The position numbers and the translations under genes were made by a program. This document shows positions 1 through 12,210 of a stretch of DNA of 34,279 nt, in pieces. This DNA comes from Pelomyxa schiedti (Eukaryota > Protista > Evosea): NCBI GenBank assembly GCA_020536535.1, contig JAHLWZ010000978.1, positions 1 through 34,279 of the forward strand, read 5' to 3'. Position 1 is the stretch's first letter, and every line of letters begins with the position of its first letter. Below the pieces are notes generated by a model. The model saw only the letters and a list, made by a program, of their open reading frames with translations, had not been told where the DNA came from and made no database searches.

Positions 1-121
1 TGGGTGTTTGGTTGATTTCTTGGTTGATGTGCGTGAACCCCCCATGTGATATCAGTGTCCTTCAAGGAAAGCATCAATTAAATATTTTTTAATTGGAAAC
101 GAAGACGACGGGTACGACACG
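1..121. repeat. Left arm of a perfect inverted repeat (partner 758-878); may extend beyond the window start
   Basis: Reverse complement of 1-121 equals 758-878 base for base. The first inward mismatch is at 122/757. Confidence 0.97.
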
Positions 122-319
122 GCAGTGTTGCATCAGCCACGAACCGCTACGCCGCCGCATACTTAGCAAAGCAAAACGTTTGTTGTTGTAGTAGAGTACT
201 TATCGCTTTCGGTAACCCTGGAGGTAATAGACGCAACAACGGCTGCTTTCTTTTGAATGAGTACTGCCCCCGGAACGAGGGGTTGTGGGAGTCGACCCTG
301 ATTTTTGTGGTTGTGTCTT

Positions 320-451
320 GCTCCGCTAACCCCCGCTCCGCTAACCCCCGCTCCGCTAACCCCCGCTCCGCTAACCCCCGCTCCGCTAACCCCCGCTCCG
401 CTAACCCCCGCTCCGCTAACCCCCGCTCCGCTAACCCCCGCTCCGCTAACC
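320..451. repeat. 15-bp minisatellite (GCTCCGCTAACCCCC)x8.8, telomere-like and G4-forming on the minus strand
   Basis: Eight identical units from 320 plus a 12-nt partial unit ending at 451. The minus strand reads (GGGGGTTAGCGGAGC)n. Confidence 0.97.
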
Positions 452-757
452 ATTTACTAATACCTACAGGTGACTACAAAAGGACTTTGGATCCCACCAC
501 CGCAAGTGACTCCTCGGCAACACCAAAACCGACACACCACCGAAAACATTGTGTTAAAGAATACGCAAATTTTTTCTTTTCCCAACACCAGTGCCTAGAC
601 AACATCACCGCGCCGCCTACAGAGTATCTCGGCGACGTGGCGGTGCCGACGGAGCGACATCGCCGCGCTGCCGAGAGGGCCTCCCGCCAACGCGGAGGTG
701 TAGCGCCGAGACCTGTTGCAAGCACTAACGCGGACTGGTTCATAGGCTACAGGGCGG

Positions 758-878
758 CGTGTCGTACCCGTCGTCTTCGTTTCCAATTAAAAAATATTTA
801 ATTGATGCTTTCCTTGAAGGACACTGATATCACATGGGGGGTTCACGCACATCAACCAAGAAATCAACCAAACACCCA
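758..878. repeat. Right arm of the perfect 121-bp inverted repeat
   Basis: Exact reverse complement of 1-121. Confidence 0.97.
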
Positions 879-1139
879 ACCTCTAGATCTGCCCTCTCCG
901 CCGTCCAGATCCATGTTTTTCTCATTTTGATGAACACGGGTGTATAAAGGTTATCGTAGCCATAGAACCGCCTTCGCCTGCTGCTCTGGTTCACCCTGCC
1001 CGTGTTCTCCTCTGATGAAACTGATCAGAAAAGACTCCAATGTGGGCCGCAATAGAGCAAACCCCCAGAATCTACCCCGTGTAGATTTTGTGCGCCGGTT
1101 GTTGCCTCTTATCTGTTTACGTTAACAACCCTCCCTTGT

Positions 1140-1928
1140 ATGTCGGCGTCGTCGATGCAGGAAACTACTGCTCCTGGATACGGGCTTATTCCCCACCCAT
1201 GCGCAATAGTCACCACAACTGTGGATGGTGTTGACTATGGTATCTTTGTTTCGCGTCTATGTGTATTCTCGCATGAAATGGTTTTCTCTTAACATGGCAT
1301 GGCAGGCTGCACGGTGGCTTGGTCAATGTGGACTTCGTTTGCCCCGCCTCTGTTGACTGTATCAATAGGCCATACAAGGTTCACTCACGATAAAATCGTT
1401 GCTGCTCAAAAATTTGGTACACAACCCACAGTGTTTGGGACTTTTTCCAACTTATGACTTTGTTGTTTTTCCTGTGCCTCGCAAGATAGGCGTTTCATTC
1501 TTATCCGAAACACAAAAGCCTCTTGGAGTGCATTTCGGCAGTGTCTCCAGCCGGAATCAGAATAAATTTGCGTCCCCCGTGGTTGTTGGTAAGCATATAT
1601 TCCCTCATATTTCTTTGCTTTCACTGAATACTCTCTCTCAAGGCAAAACATTCCGTGGTAAAGCTGTTGACATTCCCTTGTTCCTTGGCTCCTCCTCTTG
1701 TTTTGAGTGCACTGTGGAGAACTCTGTAACTGGTAATGCCCACTTATTCATAAACAACAAAAACCGTAACGGCACCCAGTGGAAAGCACAACCTTTCATT
1801 CTCCACCAACACTAGTTCCTTTCTAACGACTACAACAAACAGCTGGTGATCACACTTTGTTTGTTGGGAGAGTGCACAAGACCTACTCTGGCGGTACACG
1901 CGGCATAGCAGCCAGTGAATTGTTTTAA
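1140..1928 (+). CDS. Flavin reductase-like FMN-binding split-barrel protein (spliced, 4 introns)
   Basis: Spliced translation: MSASSMQETTAPGYGLIPHPCAIVTTTVDGVDYGCTVAWSMWTSFAPPLLTVSIGHTRFTHDKIVAAQKFGVSFLSETQKPLGVHFGSVSSRNQNKF...SCFECTVENSVTAGDHTLFVGRV...ELF*. It carries the family motifs S.xPP, F.VS.L and GDH.LFVG.V. Confidence 0.88.
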
Positions 1929-1988
1929 TTGCACTCAAACCACGAAATCGTGGTACAAAGCCAAAAAACTTTTTCTATTTTTAGACAG

Positions 1989-2830
1989 TTAGTTGTCTAC
2001 CAGGATGACGGGTTGTGGACAGACACTGACATGAGAAAAGGGACAAGAATGACTGTAATGGCTGCTGCCTGGCCCAGTTTCTATGACTCTCCATAGACCT
2101 GCTATGAGGTTATTGCAATCCCAGAGCTCAAATGTGCCTCGGGGTGTGGAGAACCCGAACAGAGATTCACCCACTTGGCACAGATAATCAGGGAAACATC
2201 TACTTCCGACGACTCGGGTGGTTCCAGAGGGGTCATCACCTTCAAGTATTGCAATGCCCGTAGCCCGCTGTGCTGCTATGACCAGTGCGTTCTCTCACCT
2301 GGACGGACTGACCAAATTTTGTGGAAAAAACCCTCAACAACCAGGGTCCTCCCCCCGTCTGCCAAGTCCTGCATCTACACCCGCCTGTCTACTCCCATCT
2401 CGGTCACACACCTCTTGGAATCAATCCTTCTCAAGAGGCGCCACGGCCAGCACCACTCCTCCATCCCCAACACACAATGCCACCAAGCCACTTGGACGTG
2501 GACAAAACCACCTCCGTCGCATAAGGGTCCCCCTGATACGCTGCATACCCAAAATGAACCACAGCGCCCACTCCCCTCTTGCCACTGCCACATTCATCCG
2601 TGTCGCCGTCACTGCCCTCCATCCACACTTCCCACATTGACCTCATGCATGAATGCAGGATGGGCCCTTGTCATTGCGGCCGCCGGTGACATTTTCCCAC
2701 ACCTCGGGTGCGAGGTAATCAGGGCTAGCAACTGCTCCCTGGCGTCCAAGTGCACGACGGTGTCGTGCTAAGGCACAGCGCAGGTGCGAGGGACTTTCCT
2801 GGCATAAATGGGACCCTTGTCCTCTTCGTC
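1989..2830 (-). pseudogene. Probable decayed copy of a lineage-expanded hypothetical gene family (DAREQ/HPRCG motif)
   Basis: Minus-strand fragments HDTVVHLDAREQLLALITSHPRCGKMSPAAAM...F / MRSMWEVWM and GESLFGFSTPRGTFELWDCNN. These are interrupted by an in-frame TAG (2768-2770), a 4-nt CATG duplication (2644-2651) and further stops. The family assignment is from recollection only. Confidence 0.5.
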
Positions 2831-3094
2831 GCAGGGGGGAGTGTACCTGGTCACTCATTTTTCAGACCACCAACTCACATCTTCTCCCTTGACAAATCGA
2901 GGCAGGAAATCTGGAAACAGCTTATATCCTCTGCTGTCCAAGTAGTTGGCCGCATTCCCCGACTCTGCTGCACATCTTCCTTCAGGGAAATCAACGAATC
3001 GATTCGCGACCTTCGATGTCACACGTCTATCGCTGAAAATCAAGAAAAGGAAAAAGTGATCAACGTCCGAGACATCATCAGGCGGTTGGGGGTG

Positions 3095-5810
3095 ATGAGC
3101 GGGATGTCGTCGTACAGTGGTGAGTCTTATTCGTCGTCGGCGTACTCTGAAGACACGGCGACGTGGGCTTTCAACATCTTGCTTTTCTTTTGTTACCTGG
3201 TTTTGTTGCTGGGTTGTGGTGTCGCGATGTCGGTGCACCTGTGGCGTAAGAGGTTCCGGGTGTCTCTCAAGGGTGGCGATCTGGTGTTCTTCACTCTCGT
3301 TTCTCTGTCCTTGACTTGCGTTCTTCGTGTGGTGGGCGTGCCCTGCTTTATTATCGCCTCTTTTTTAGGATTTGTTCGTTTTACTGTTTTGGTTGAGTTT
3401 GGGAGGTGTTCTTATGTGAGACCAGGTTGGGCTTGTTGCTCAAATCGCCCATAAACTCGATGTCATATTTGTTCAAGGTAACTTCCCAGCGTGCTTGTTC
3501 TACACAACTGTGTGGCTTATGGCATTGGCGCTGTACACCAAATTCCATCCTCTCTGTATGTCGCCGGTTTGCCTTTGCTTCCAAGTTGGTTTACACATAC
3601 AAGACAGTCCTGCAAATGAGGGAGGAGTACCCTGGAAATGGAAGTACATTGCATTCGGAGCAAATATTTCACTTTACGCTGTTGAGCTGTCCATTACTAT
3701 AGTGCTGTCAATCTTTAGTGCTTCCGACAAGTGGGACCAGCAATGTAGGAACAAATCAGAAGCCATTAGTGGTAATTTAAATTTTCCCTTACATATTGTG
3801 CCACTCACAACTACCAGCCACCATGAACTTAGTGTTATGCATTGGATATGCTGGTGTGAGTTTCATTGTTTTTAAAGTATGTAAGACTCAAGGTAACTTC
3901 CTCGTTTTCACACATCCACGGGAAGCATGGTTTCAACGCCTTTTTCAGGTCACCATAGAGTGCTGGACTGAGTTGATCCTAAAGAAATACAAAAAACTTT
4001 TACCAGAATTAATCATTGTTGGAGTTGGTTGCACTTACCGTGCATGTATGACAGCCTTTAAAATACGTCCCTCACCAAAGTCCGCAGTGAATGATGTCAT
4101 TTCTGCAATCTTCCCCTACTGGATTCTTTCAGGTACAACCAAAGTCCTTTTGAGAGAATAAACAGTGGAATAGTGAGTCAGAACAATTACACAATATTTA
4201 TTAAGGAATTAATACCCGCAGTCATGATTTTAGTGGCAATGATGATGATGAGCCCGAAAAAGCAATTTGAACAAGTTTTCTCCCAATTATAGAAACGCCT
4301 CTCAGTCTACACAACAGAGAGAACTAGAAGAGTTGGAGGTAGACCCGGCCTTTAAGGTACATTTGAGTAATTTGAGTACCATAGTGATTCCGTATAGAGA
4401 ATAGATTTTGCCTCGCTAAGTGACGAAAAACCCATTGGTGAAGGTGCTTCAGGCAGCGTATCTTCTTGTATTTGGAAAGGTGGATATTTCTACAATTCGA
4501 TTTTTTTTTTCCCGTTTAACATTTCGTTTAGTCCGAGGTAAGGAAATTCCTGTAGCCCTTAAAAGAGTGAGGCTCTCTGAGGATATGAAGCAGGAGCTTA
4601 TAGTAAGTAATTATATTCCCTGACTTTCGGTTTACGCTAAAAAAGAGGCTTGGGAATTTATGGCATCCAAATATTATAAATTTTCATGGTTACACTCGTG
4701 ATTTAGAAGGCACTCCAGGTTTCTCAGTGATAAGTGACAGCATCACCGTTTAAACCTTTCTTAGGAATTGTCATCGACTTAGCAATTGGCAGTTTAGATG
4801 TGATTTTGAGGAGAGATGTACTCAAATGGTCAAAACGCTTTTACATGCTCCTTGATGTGGCACAGGTGAACAACTAATTCTACAAAATGAAGTTTCTAAT
4901 GTATCAGGGAATGGCACATATTCACTCTGTTGGCCTATTACACCGAGATTTGAAGGTTCTTTTTTGTTTTAAATAGTAATGACTCAGAGCTTTGAAGCCC
5001 CAAAATATATTGGTGGACGTGAATGGAACATGCAAAATCTGTGATTTCGGTTTTTCCACCTCAAATGAACTTAACTCACACTGTTGGTGCAGGCACATCG
5101 ACAACTGATACTAGTCTGAAGGCCGTTGTTGGTACACCAGGTTATATTGTAGGTTTCAATTTGACTTTTTCCCTCCAAAATTTTTATTACAAGTTCATAC
5201 AAATTCCACAGGCTCCCGAAGTGGAACTTGGACGTGGCTTTTCACGTAAATTCGTCTACACTCAGGTATCACTGCCATCACTAAAAAAAAACTTAAAAGA
5301 AAAATCTGATGTGTACTCCTTTGCAATGGTGTTTTGGTTCATCATAACCAATGGAAGACCACTGTATCCGGAGCTCTTATCTGATCACGAACGCACTCTT
5401 TCTATAATTCACGCACAACGAGACATTGCTATACATAACGATAACAGGCCGGAAATCCCTGCAAACCTCCCACCGGAACTCGGCGAACTGGTAAACAAAA
5501 CGTCCCCCTCCCCTTCCGCTTCCCAAATAACAAACCACCGAAGCTCAAGAAATGCTGGGATGCAGACCCAAGCAGAAGGCCGAGCTTCCGAGTCATAGTT
5601 CACACACTCCGGGCCTACCGAGCCGCACACAAACAAGCCCGAGCGGCTGCGAACGCCCCAACACCGCAACCAAGCAGCAGCAATTCCCAGTCATTATTCC
5701 CGTACGCGGCTTCAGTCCAGGCCCCTGAAGACGTAGCCCTGCTCAGTGGAGACGTAGGTTCCACTACACTGCGTGTTTCAGATTTCTTCAGTACCCAGAA
5801 GTTGGAGTGA
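3095..5810 (+). CDS. Seven-transmembrane receptor-like domain fused to a TKL-group protein kinase (many introns)
   Basis: About 7 hydrophobic segments between 3095 and 4250, the last with ELIP. Spliced kinase motifs follow: IGEGASGSV, VALK, QELI..LWHPNII, HRDLK|PQNILV, KICDFG, GTPGYI|APE, KSDVYSFAMV and CWDADPSRRPSF. Stop TGA at 5808-5810. Confidence 0.88.
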
Positions 5811-6042
5811 TACAGTGTCACATCAGCTGCACATAACAAAACTTTCTTCAAATCTGACTATTTTCGTCTTGTGTACTTTTTTCTGCTCGAAGAGACGGGG
5901 ACACTTTTTTGGGGGTAAAAATAAACCGAACGAAGAGAAAAAAAATAACCCGAACAAAAGAAAAAGCTTAAAAAAAAAACCTTTTGGTGACGCTCCAAGC
6001 GACAGACATCAAACAACACTAGAAAGAATTAATCCTACCTTC

Positions 6043-9000
6043 ATGGCAGACAGTGCGTACTTGCGATCTTCGTATCGTCGTTAACGTACATATACAGAGA
6101 GAGCCGTCGGATCGAGTGGGTTGCTTGATGACTCTTGGATTAAAGTCCAAAGAAAAACTTTCACCAAGTGGTGCAACGTATGTTTTTTTTTCTGTTTTTA
6201 AGAAACTAACAACCTGGAAGCAACACCTTGTTCGCAAATACGGCAAGACAGCTATGTTGGATAACATAGAGACAGAATTCGAAAATGGGTCAGTGGCTCG
6301 CGTTCTCGTAAGTTTGTTGCTAACTGGATTCCAGTATTGCTTTGATGAGACTGGTCTCGTCCCTGTACCCTGTTGCTATGCCCTCCAAGTACAATAAAGC
6401 ACCAAAGATGCGCCCCCAGATGATGGACAATGCATCGATGTCCCTTGACTTGTTGGAAAAGCAGGCTGGAGTGAAGACCAATTTCTTGAAACCTGGTCAC
6501 TTGGTGGATCACGATCTCAAGATGATCTTGGGTATGGTTTGGAGTATCATCTTGGACTATCAGATCAAGGGAATCTCCGTCGAGGGTATACCGTTGGCTT
6601 GCTCTCTTGTCTCTTACTTTACTTAGAGATGAGTGCTCGTGAAGGTCTGCTTCTCTGGTGCCAACGTAAGACTGCAGGATACAGAGATGTCAGGATCGAT
6701 AACTTCGGCTCGTCCTGGAACGATGGACTTGGATTCTGCGCGCTTATCCATGGTAATATCTTTTTTTTCCCCAGCAGTGCCACATTCACTCATTTTGCTA
6801 GCTCATCGCCCTGGAATGTTGGACTTCAATGCACTGAGCAAGGAAAACAAGGCACACAACTTGAAACTGGCCTTCGACGTTGCTGAGAAACAACTTGGTG
6901 TGTTAGTGGTAAACACTTGGTGGCACTGACCTTCGCAGGAATTTTGCCCCTTCTGGATGTGGAGGATATCGTTGATGTGCCCAAGCCCGACGAAAAGTCT
7001 ATTATGACTTATGTCAGCGAGTTTTTCCACGTCTTCGCAAAGACCAACCAAGCTGAAGTGGCTGCAAGACGTGTGGCCAAAGTTGTAAAACTGACCCAAC
7101 AGAATGATGAACTCCGGTCCGACTACCTCACGAAAGCCACTGATGTATGTATAAGCCTCATCTACGGTCTTCTTATTTGGTTGTAGCTTTCAGAGTGGAT
7201 CAAGACTACTATCGGAGAGATGAATAACAGGGACTTCGATAATACTTTGGGTGGTGCTCAGGTAGAATTTGCTTTGTATCTTTCTTTCTCACACTGTTTT
7301 AGCACAATATCACGAACTTCAATGACTATAAGAAAAATACGAAGCCCGCAAAGACTGCCTTTAAGATTGAGACTGAGCAAGTCTTTAACAATTTGTGCTT
7401 GAAGCTTCGTGCGAATCAGAGGCCTATGTACGTACCACCTGAGGGCCTGGCTCTTGCTGTATGTCAATCTCTTTCTAAGCCGCTTTGTGATATTTCAAGG
7501 ATCTGAATGCATTGTGGCTTCAATTGGAAGATGCAGAGAAGAATAGGGACGCTGCTCTTCGTACCGAACTTCAGCGCCAGCTCAAATTGCAGTCACTTGC
7601 GTCCCTATTCAACCACAAAGCCGCGCAATTGGAAGAGTGGGCCCAAATGAAACAAAACACACTCAACTCGATGGAAGGCGAAATTTTCGAGTCTGTCAAC
7701 CAAGTGCAGGTGAGCTCGAGGAAGACCTTCCACTTTCTTCCTAATTGTATTTTCACAGGTCCGACTGAAAATTCTTTCAGCATTTGATCACGACTACAAT
7801 GGGTCTCTTCCCCGTGTGGAAGAACTCCACACACTCGGCAAGGAGATTATTAATGACAACTATGAGCACAAGGGCGATGTTCAAGATCGCATGGATAAAA
7901 TTGATCAAATGTGGGCCCAACTCCAACAAACCTCTGCGCATAGAACGGAGTTGCTACAAGAGGAGGTTGTGAAGCAGGAAAAGATGGATCAAGCACGTCT
8001 CAAATTCGCCGATATTATCAAAGCTATGGCTCGATGGCTTAAAGACTCTATTGAAGATGCCAAGGTAACTGATCTTATTTATCTCTCCCTTCGTTTTTCT
8101 TATTTCTACAAGGATACCAACTTCGGTAACACACTGGAATCAGTCACTGAGTATGAGGCGGTACTGGATCAGCAGAAGTCGGAGGTATTTTCAACGTGTG
8201 ACAGCAAAAAGGCAGAGCTACATGCAGCCCATCAAGAGATGGTTGACTTGGGTGTGAAGTACAACAAATATACAATCCTTACTCTTGAGGTTGTTTATTT
8301 CCAATAATATGCACACCCTGATGAAGTCTATTTAGAATATCGACGAAAGTATCGAAAATCTTCACAAGCAATTCTCCGAGCGTAAGGACGCATACAAGAA
8401 AGAGCTCCACAGACAAAAAAGTAAACTACGTGCCCCAAAGTATTTCTAGAGTAACGCCTTTACAGAGATGGAGGAAAAGAGGATAGAATTCGCAGAAGCG
8501 GCTCAAGGCTTCGCTGATTACGTTGCACAACTGAAGAAGAAGGTGGCTGGGTGCACAGGTGAACCTGAAGACAAAATTGCTGAAGTCAAGGTTTTTCCTT
8601 TTCTGAAAAATCAACTTTACAACTAAGTGAGTATAGGCTATTTATAACAATGGAGAGGAAGGAAATGAGAAGCTTCACCATGTAGCCAAAATTGACAAAG
8701 AGTGTCACGAGATGGGCATTTCCTACAATAAACACACCGAGCTGAACCTTTCCGTACGTCTCTTAATAAGTTGTATATTGTAGGCTGCCCTCTCACGTAT
8801 TCTCTTCAGATCCTCCAAACACGCTGGTCTCAATTCCAGTCCTTTGTTGAGAATTTCCTTGTATCTCTTTCTGAAGATGCCGATGTCAAGGCTAAATTGG
8901 CTGCTCATGTATCTCTAATTTATCTTGGTCTCCAAGCCACTGATCAAAAATTAGGCTGCCGAGTGGGAAAAGAAAGACGCTATCGAAAACCTCAAGATCG

Positions 9001-10328
9001 CTTTTGCCAAGAAAGCTGGAGTATGACCCGTGGGTTGTCCTCTTCCTTTCTTACACCCACATAGGAAATTAACCAGTGGATGCAAAACGCTCACGGAGTC
9101 CTCACCATACCCCTGTTTGCGAAGTCTGTTGCTGATGTCCAGCAGGCTATTGCGGCTGTGTCTCAAATTGAGGCTGATCTGCCATCACAAGACGCTGCCC
9201 GTGAAGAAGCTGCCGGAATTGCACACCAACTGGAGGAGTCTGGATTCACTGGAGAAAATCCCCTCAGCGACCTTCAGTTGCCTCAAATTGATGAGAAGAT
9301 CGCCAAGACCAAGAGTCTTACGACTGAGCGAAGCGGTGTTCTGGCTGAAGAGCTTCAAAAGCAAGAAAGTAGGATGTTAATTCCATGTACTTCTTTACTG
9401 ATCCTATGCAGGTCACGAGACTCTCCGCGTTGACTTCGCCAAAAAAGCTACCGCACTCAACTCGTGGCTTGATGAACAGCTTGCCGCTGTTGGCCAGCCT
9501 TCAGATCAAGACGAGAGTGCCCAATTGGCTGCGCTCGGCAAGATGTCCGGAGCCCAATTCGAGATGGAGGGTTCGTTAGCAGCAGTGAGGGCTGCTGATC
9601 AGCAGCTTATGGATAACTCCATAACTGAGAACAACCACACCGCTTTGACTATTCAGGACTTGGAGGCCAAGTGGAAACTCCTCCAGAAGAGTATTGAGGA
9701 TAAGCGAACAGTTCTCAACTCTACGGTGCGTCCCCGCTTATAAACATAAACACTTATCTCGCGTTTCTCTTTCAGTTGGAGGCCAAGAAAGGCTCGCAAG
9801 TCAGCGCCGAGCAACTCAAAGAACTCAAGGAAGTGTTCGACCACTTCGACAAGGACAAGAACGGAGTTTTCGATCCTCTGGAGTTCAAGGCCTGCCTGTC
9901 ATCTCTCGGCGAGGACGTATCTGTGAGTTTCTCTCTTTCCACCGTTTCGCGTCGCACCTTTTTGTGTTCCGGCTCTAACCGCCAAAACCCCATACTAGGA
10001 CGAGGATATCAAGGCAATTTCTCCCGACGGCCAACTCACATTCGAGCAATATGTGGCGTTCATGACCAAGAGAATGTCAGACACAACAACACAGGACGAA
10101 ATCCAAGCCTCCTTCAAGCTTATTGCTGGTGACAAGGTATGAATACCCAAAGACTCATTCCCTTTCTAATCCAAATTCCTTCCTTAGCCCTATGTCAGTG
10201 AGGCAGAGATCCGCAACAATTTCCAGGCAGATACAGCGGAGTATCTTATTGCCAATATGCCAAGATCGCAAGTTGAGCCCACTGCGTTCGACTACACAGT
10301 CTTCACCTCCGCAGTGTTCAGCCGCTGA
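6043..10328 (+). CDS. Alpha-actinin-like actin cross-linker (2 CH domains, about 6 spectrin repeats, EF-hands)
   Basis: CH1/CH2 motifs [55 protein letters not shown] and [12 protein letters not shown]. Repeated F...A..L..W rod motifs. EF-hand [12 protein letters not shown] and C-terminal AFDYTVF. Confidence 0.93.
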
Positions 10329-10481
10329 GCACAAGAAAACACCCTCTCACCAGTGTTTTGTTTTTTTGCTAGTTAGTTTGAAATAAATAGTCTTCTCCAA
10401 TACGTTTCTACATTTATTCTTCTGTTAGACCAACTAAATAAACTTTCGCGTTATCCCTTCTTTTGTTGTGGTCTAGGTAAC

Positions 10482-12210
10482 ATGCTGGACTGGAGGTTAC
10501 GTCAAATATTTGGCCCCGACACTGAGACTAACAACAACACAGTCGAGAACGGTAACTCATAATTCGAAAGGAGATGGCCAACAACAACGTAATTGGGCAT
10601 AGGTTTAGTAGTGTAACTCCATTACAGAAGACATTGTGAGCTGTATAGACTTTGAACCCTCAGGAGAGTATCTTGCTGCTGGTGACAATGGTGGCCGTGT
10701 GGTTGTATTCAAAATGAGGTTAGCTTACGCTCTTCCACTTTTTAACAGTTAATTATTGGTTTTTTTCCCCTTTTTCCTTTCCCACTTCCTTGTAAAGTAT
10801 TATGTAACCTACACCCCTCATGAGAATTACCACAGACAGGAGAACGAATATGGATTCTTTCATGAATTCCAAAGTCACCAGGAGGAATCTGACGGGACAC
10901 ATAGCACCACTGTACCAGAAAAGATCAATCAAGTAAAGTTCCTCAAGAGATCCTGTGGGGTCTTGTATCTACTCACAACAAATGGTTGCTGAAATAAAAT
11001 CAACTTCAGTAATCCCCACCAACACAGACAAAAAAATCAAACTGTGGAAAATGTCTGAGATAAAATCGAGGACTTTTACACACCCTAACAAGCCCTACTG
11101 TCAACGCATCCCACAAGTGACATATGGTGAAGATACTGTTAAAACAGCTACACTGAAACAGACATTCACCTATTCGAGTCTTCCAGAATCAAATATCAAC
11201 TCGATTTCCTTGAACAGGTTCTTCCCTTTGTGTCGATCATTGTGCTTACCAAAAGGTTTTTCCCTCTCAAGTGACCAAGAATCGTTCCTCTCTTCTGATG
11301 ATCGACAAATAAATTGGTGGAAGTTTAGCTGTGAAGGATGTTTCAGTATGGCGAGAAGTGTAATAATAAAAAGGCAACTCGCTTATTTTGGACAGATATT
11401 ATGAATCGAACCCCACCAGATACGGACATTTGTTGGGATCCAATTACTTGTGCCACATTCCACCCACAGCATTGCCACATTTTTGCATGTGGCTCAGAGC
11501 ATGGCCTCGTCACAGCGTGTGATTTACGGCAGTCTTCATGTGGCACACCTGTTACAAGTATATCATCCCTCATTGTAGTCTGAATTATTAAGTTTCATTC
11601 CAAGGTTTCGATGGTCCACACACGTTCCACGATCCGAGGGGCGGATTTTTTACAGAGCTGCTCCACTCCATTAATGATCTCAAGTTCAGTTCGAATGGAA
11701 GATACATTCTTTCACGAGACTTTTTGTCAATGAAGGTATCTCCTGAACTCTGATTCCCTTGTAACTTTGGTTAAAGATATGGGATTTATCCATGGACCGC
11801 GAGCCACTCAAAACAGTGCACTTACATGATCATTTGGTACCGTATATTTACAGCCATTACGGCCCATTCGGCAAGTTTGACTGCAGCTTCAATTGCGATT
11901 CAACGTAAGTTCTATTACCTTGCCAATTCTACAGCCACCCCAATCTCACATCGACAGACAAATCATAGGAGGAATGCACTCCCGGCTTTTTCAAATATAT
12001 TCACTCTCTGCACCCTCCTCTGATCATGCTCCATCGTTCCAAATGTTTAGAGCAAGACGAAAACTGCCCAGAAAGGTGCACCAACCATTAGCCCCTGGGG
12101 AAGAACCAGACTTTGATCACATCGTATCACAGGTGGCCTTCCACCCCTCAAGAAACATTCTGGCTGTTTCATGTAGCAACAACCTGTTTATGTTCCACCC
12201 TCATTGTTAA
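10482..12210 (+). CDS. Protein phosphatase 2A regulatory subunit B55 (PR55) family, divergent WD40 protein
   Basis: Motifs [96 protein letters not shown] and [21 protein letters not shown]. Confidence 0.92.

Noticed and set aside
320-451. Possible CRISPR array
   Set aside because: The units are head-to-tail with no spacers, there are no cas genes, and the context is eukaryotic.
163-801. ORFs 163-453 (-, VSGAG repeats) and 253-801 (+, SANPR repeats)
   Set aside because: They stay open mainly because the 15-bp satellite lacks stops. There is no recognisable domain or transposase motif.
2690-2740. Kinase-like peptide ASPDYLAPEVW on the minus strand
   Set aside because: No other kinase subdomains lie nearby in register. 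An alternative frame (DAREQ..HPRCG) explains the region better.
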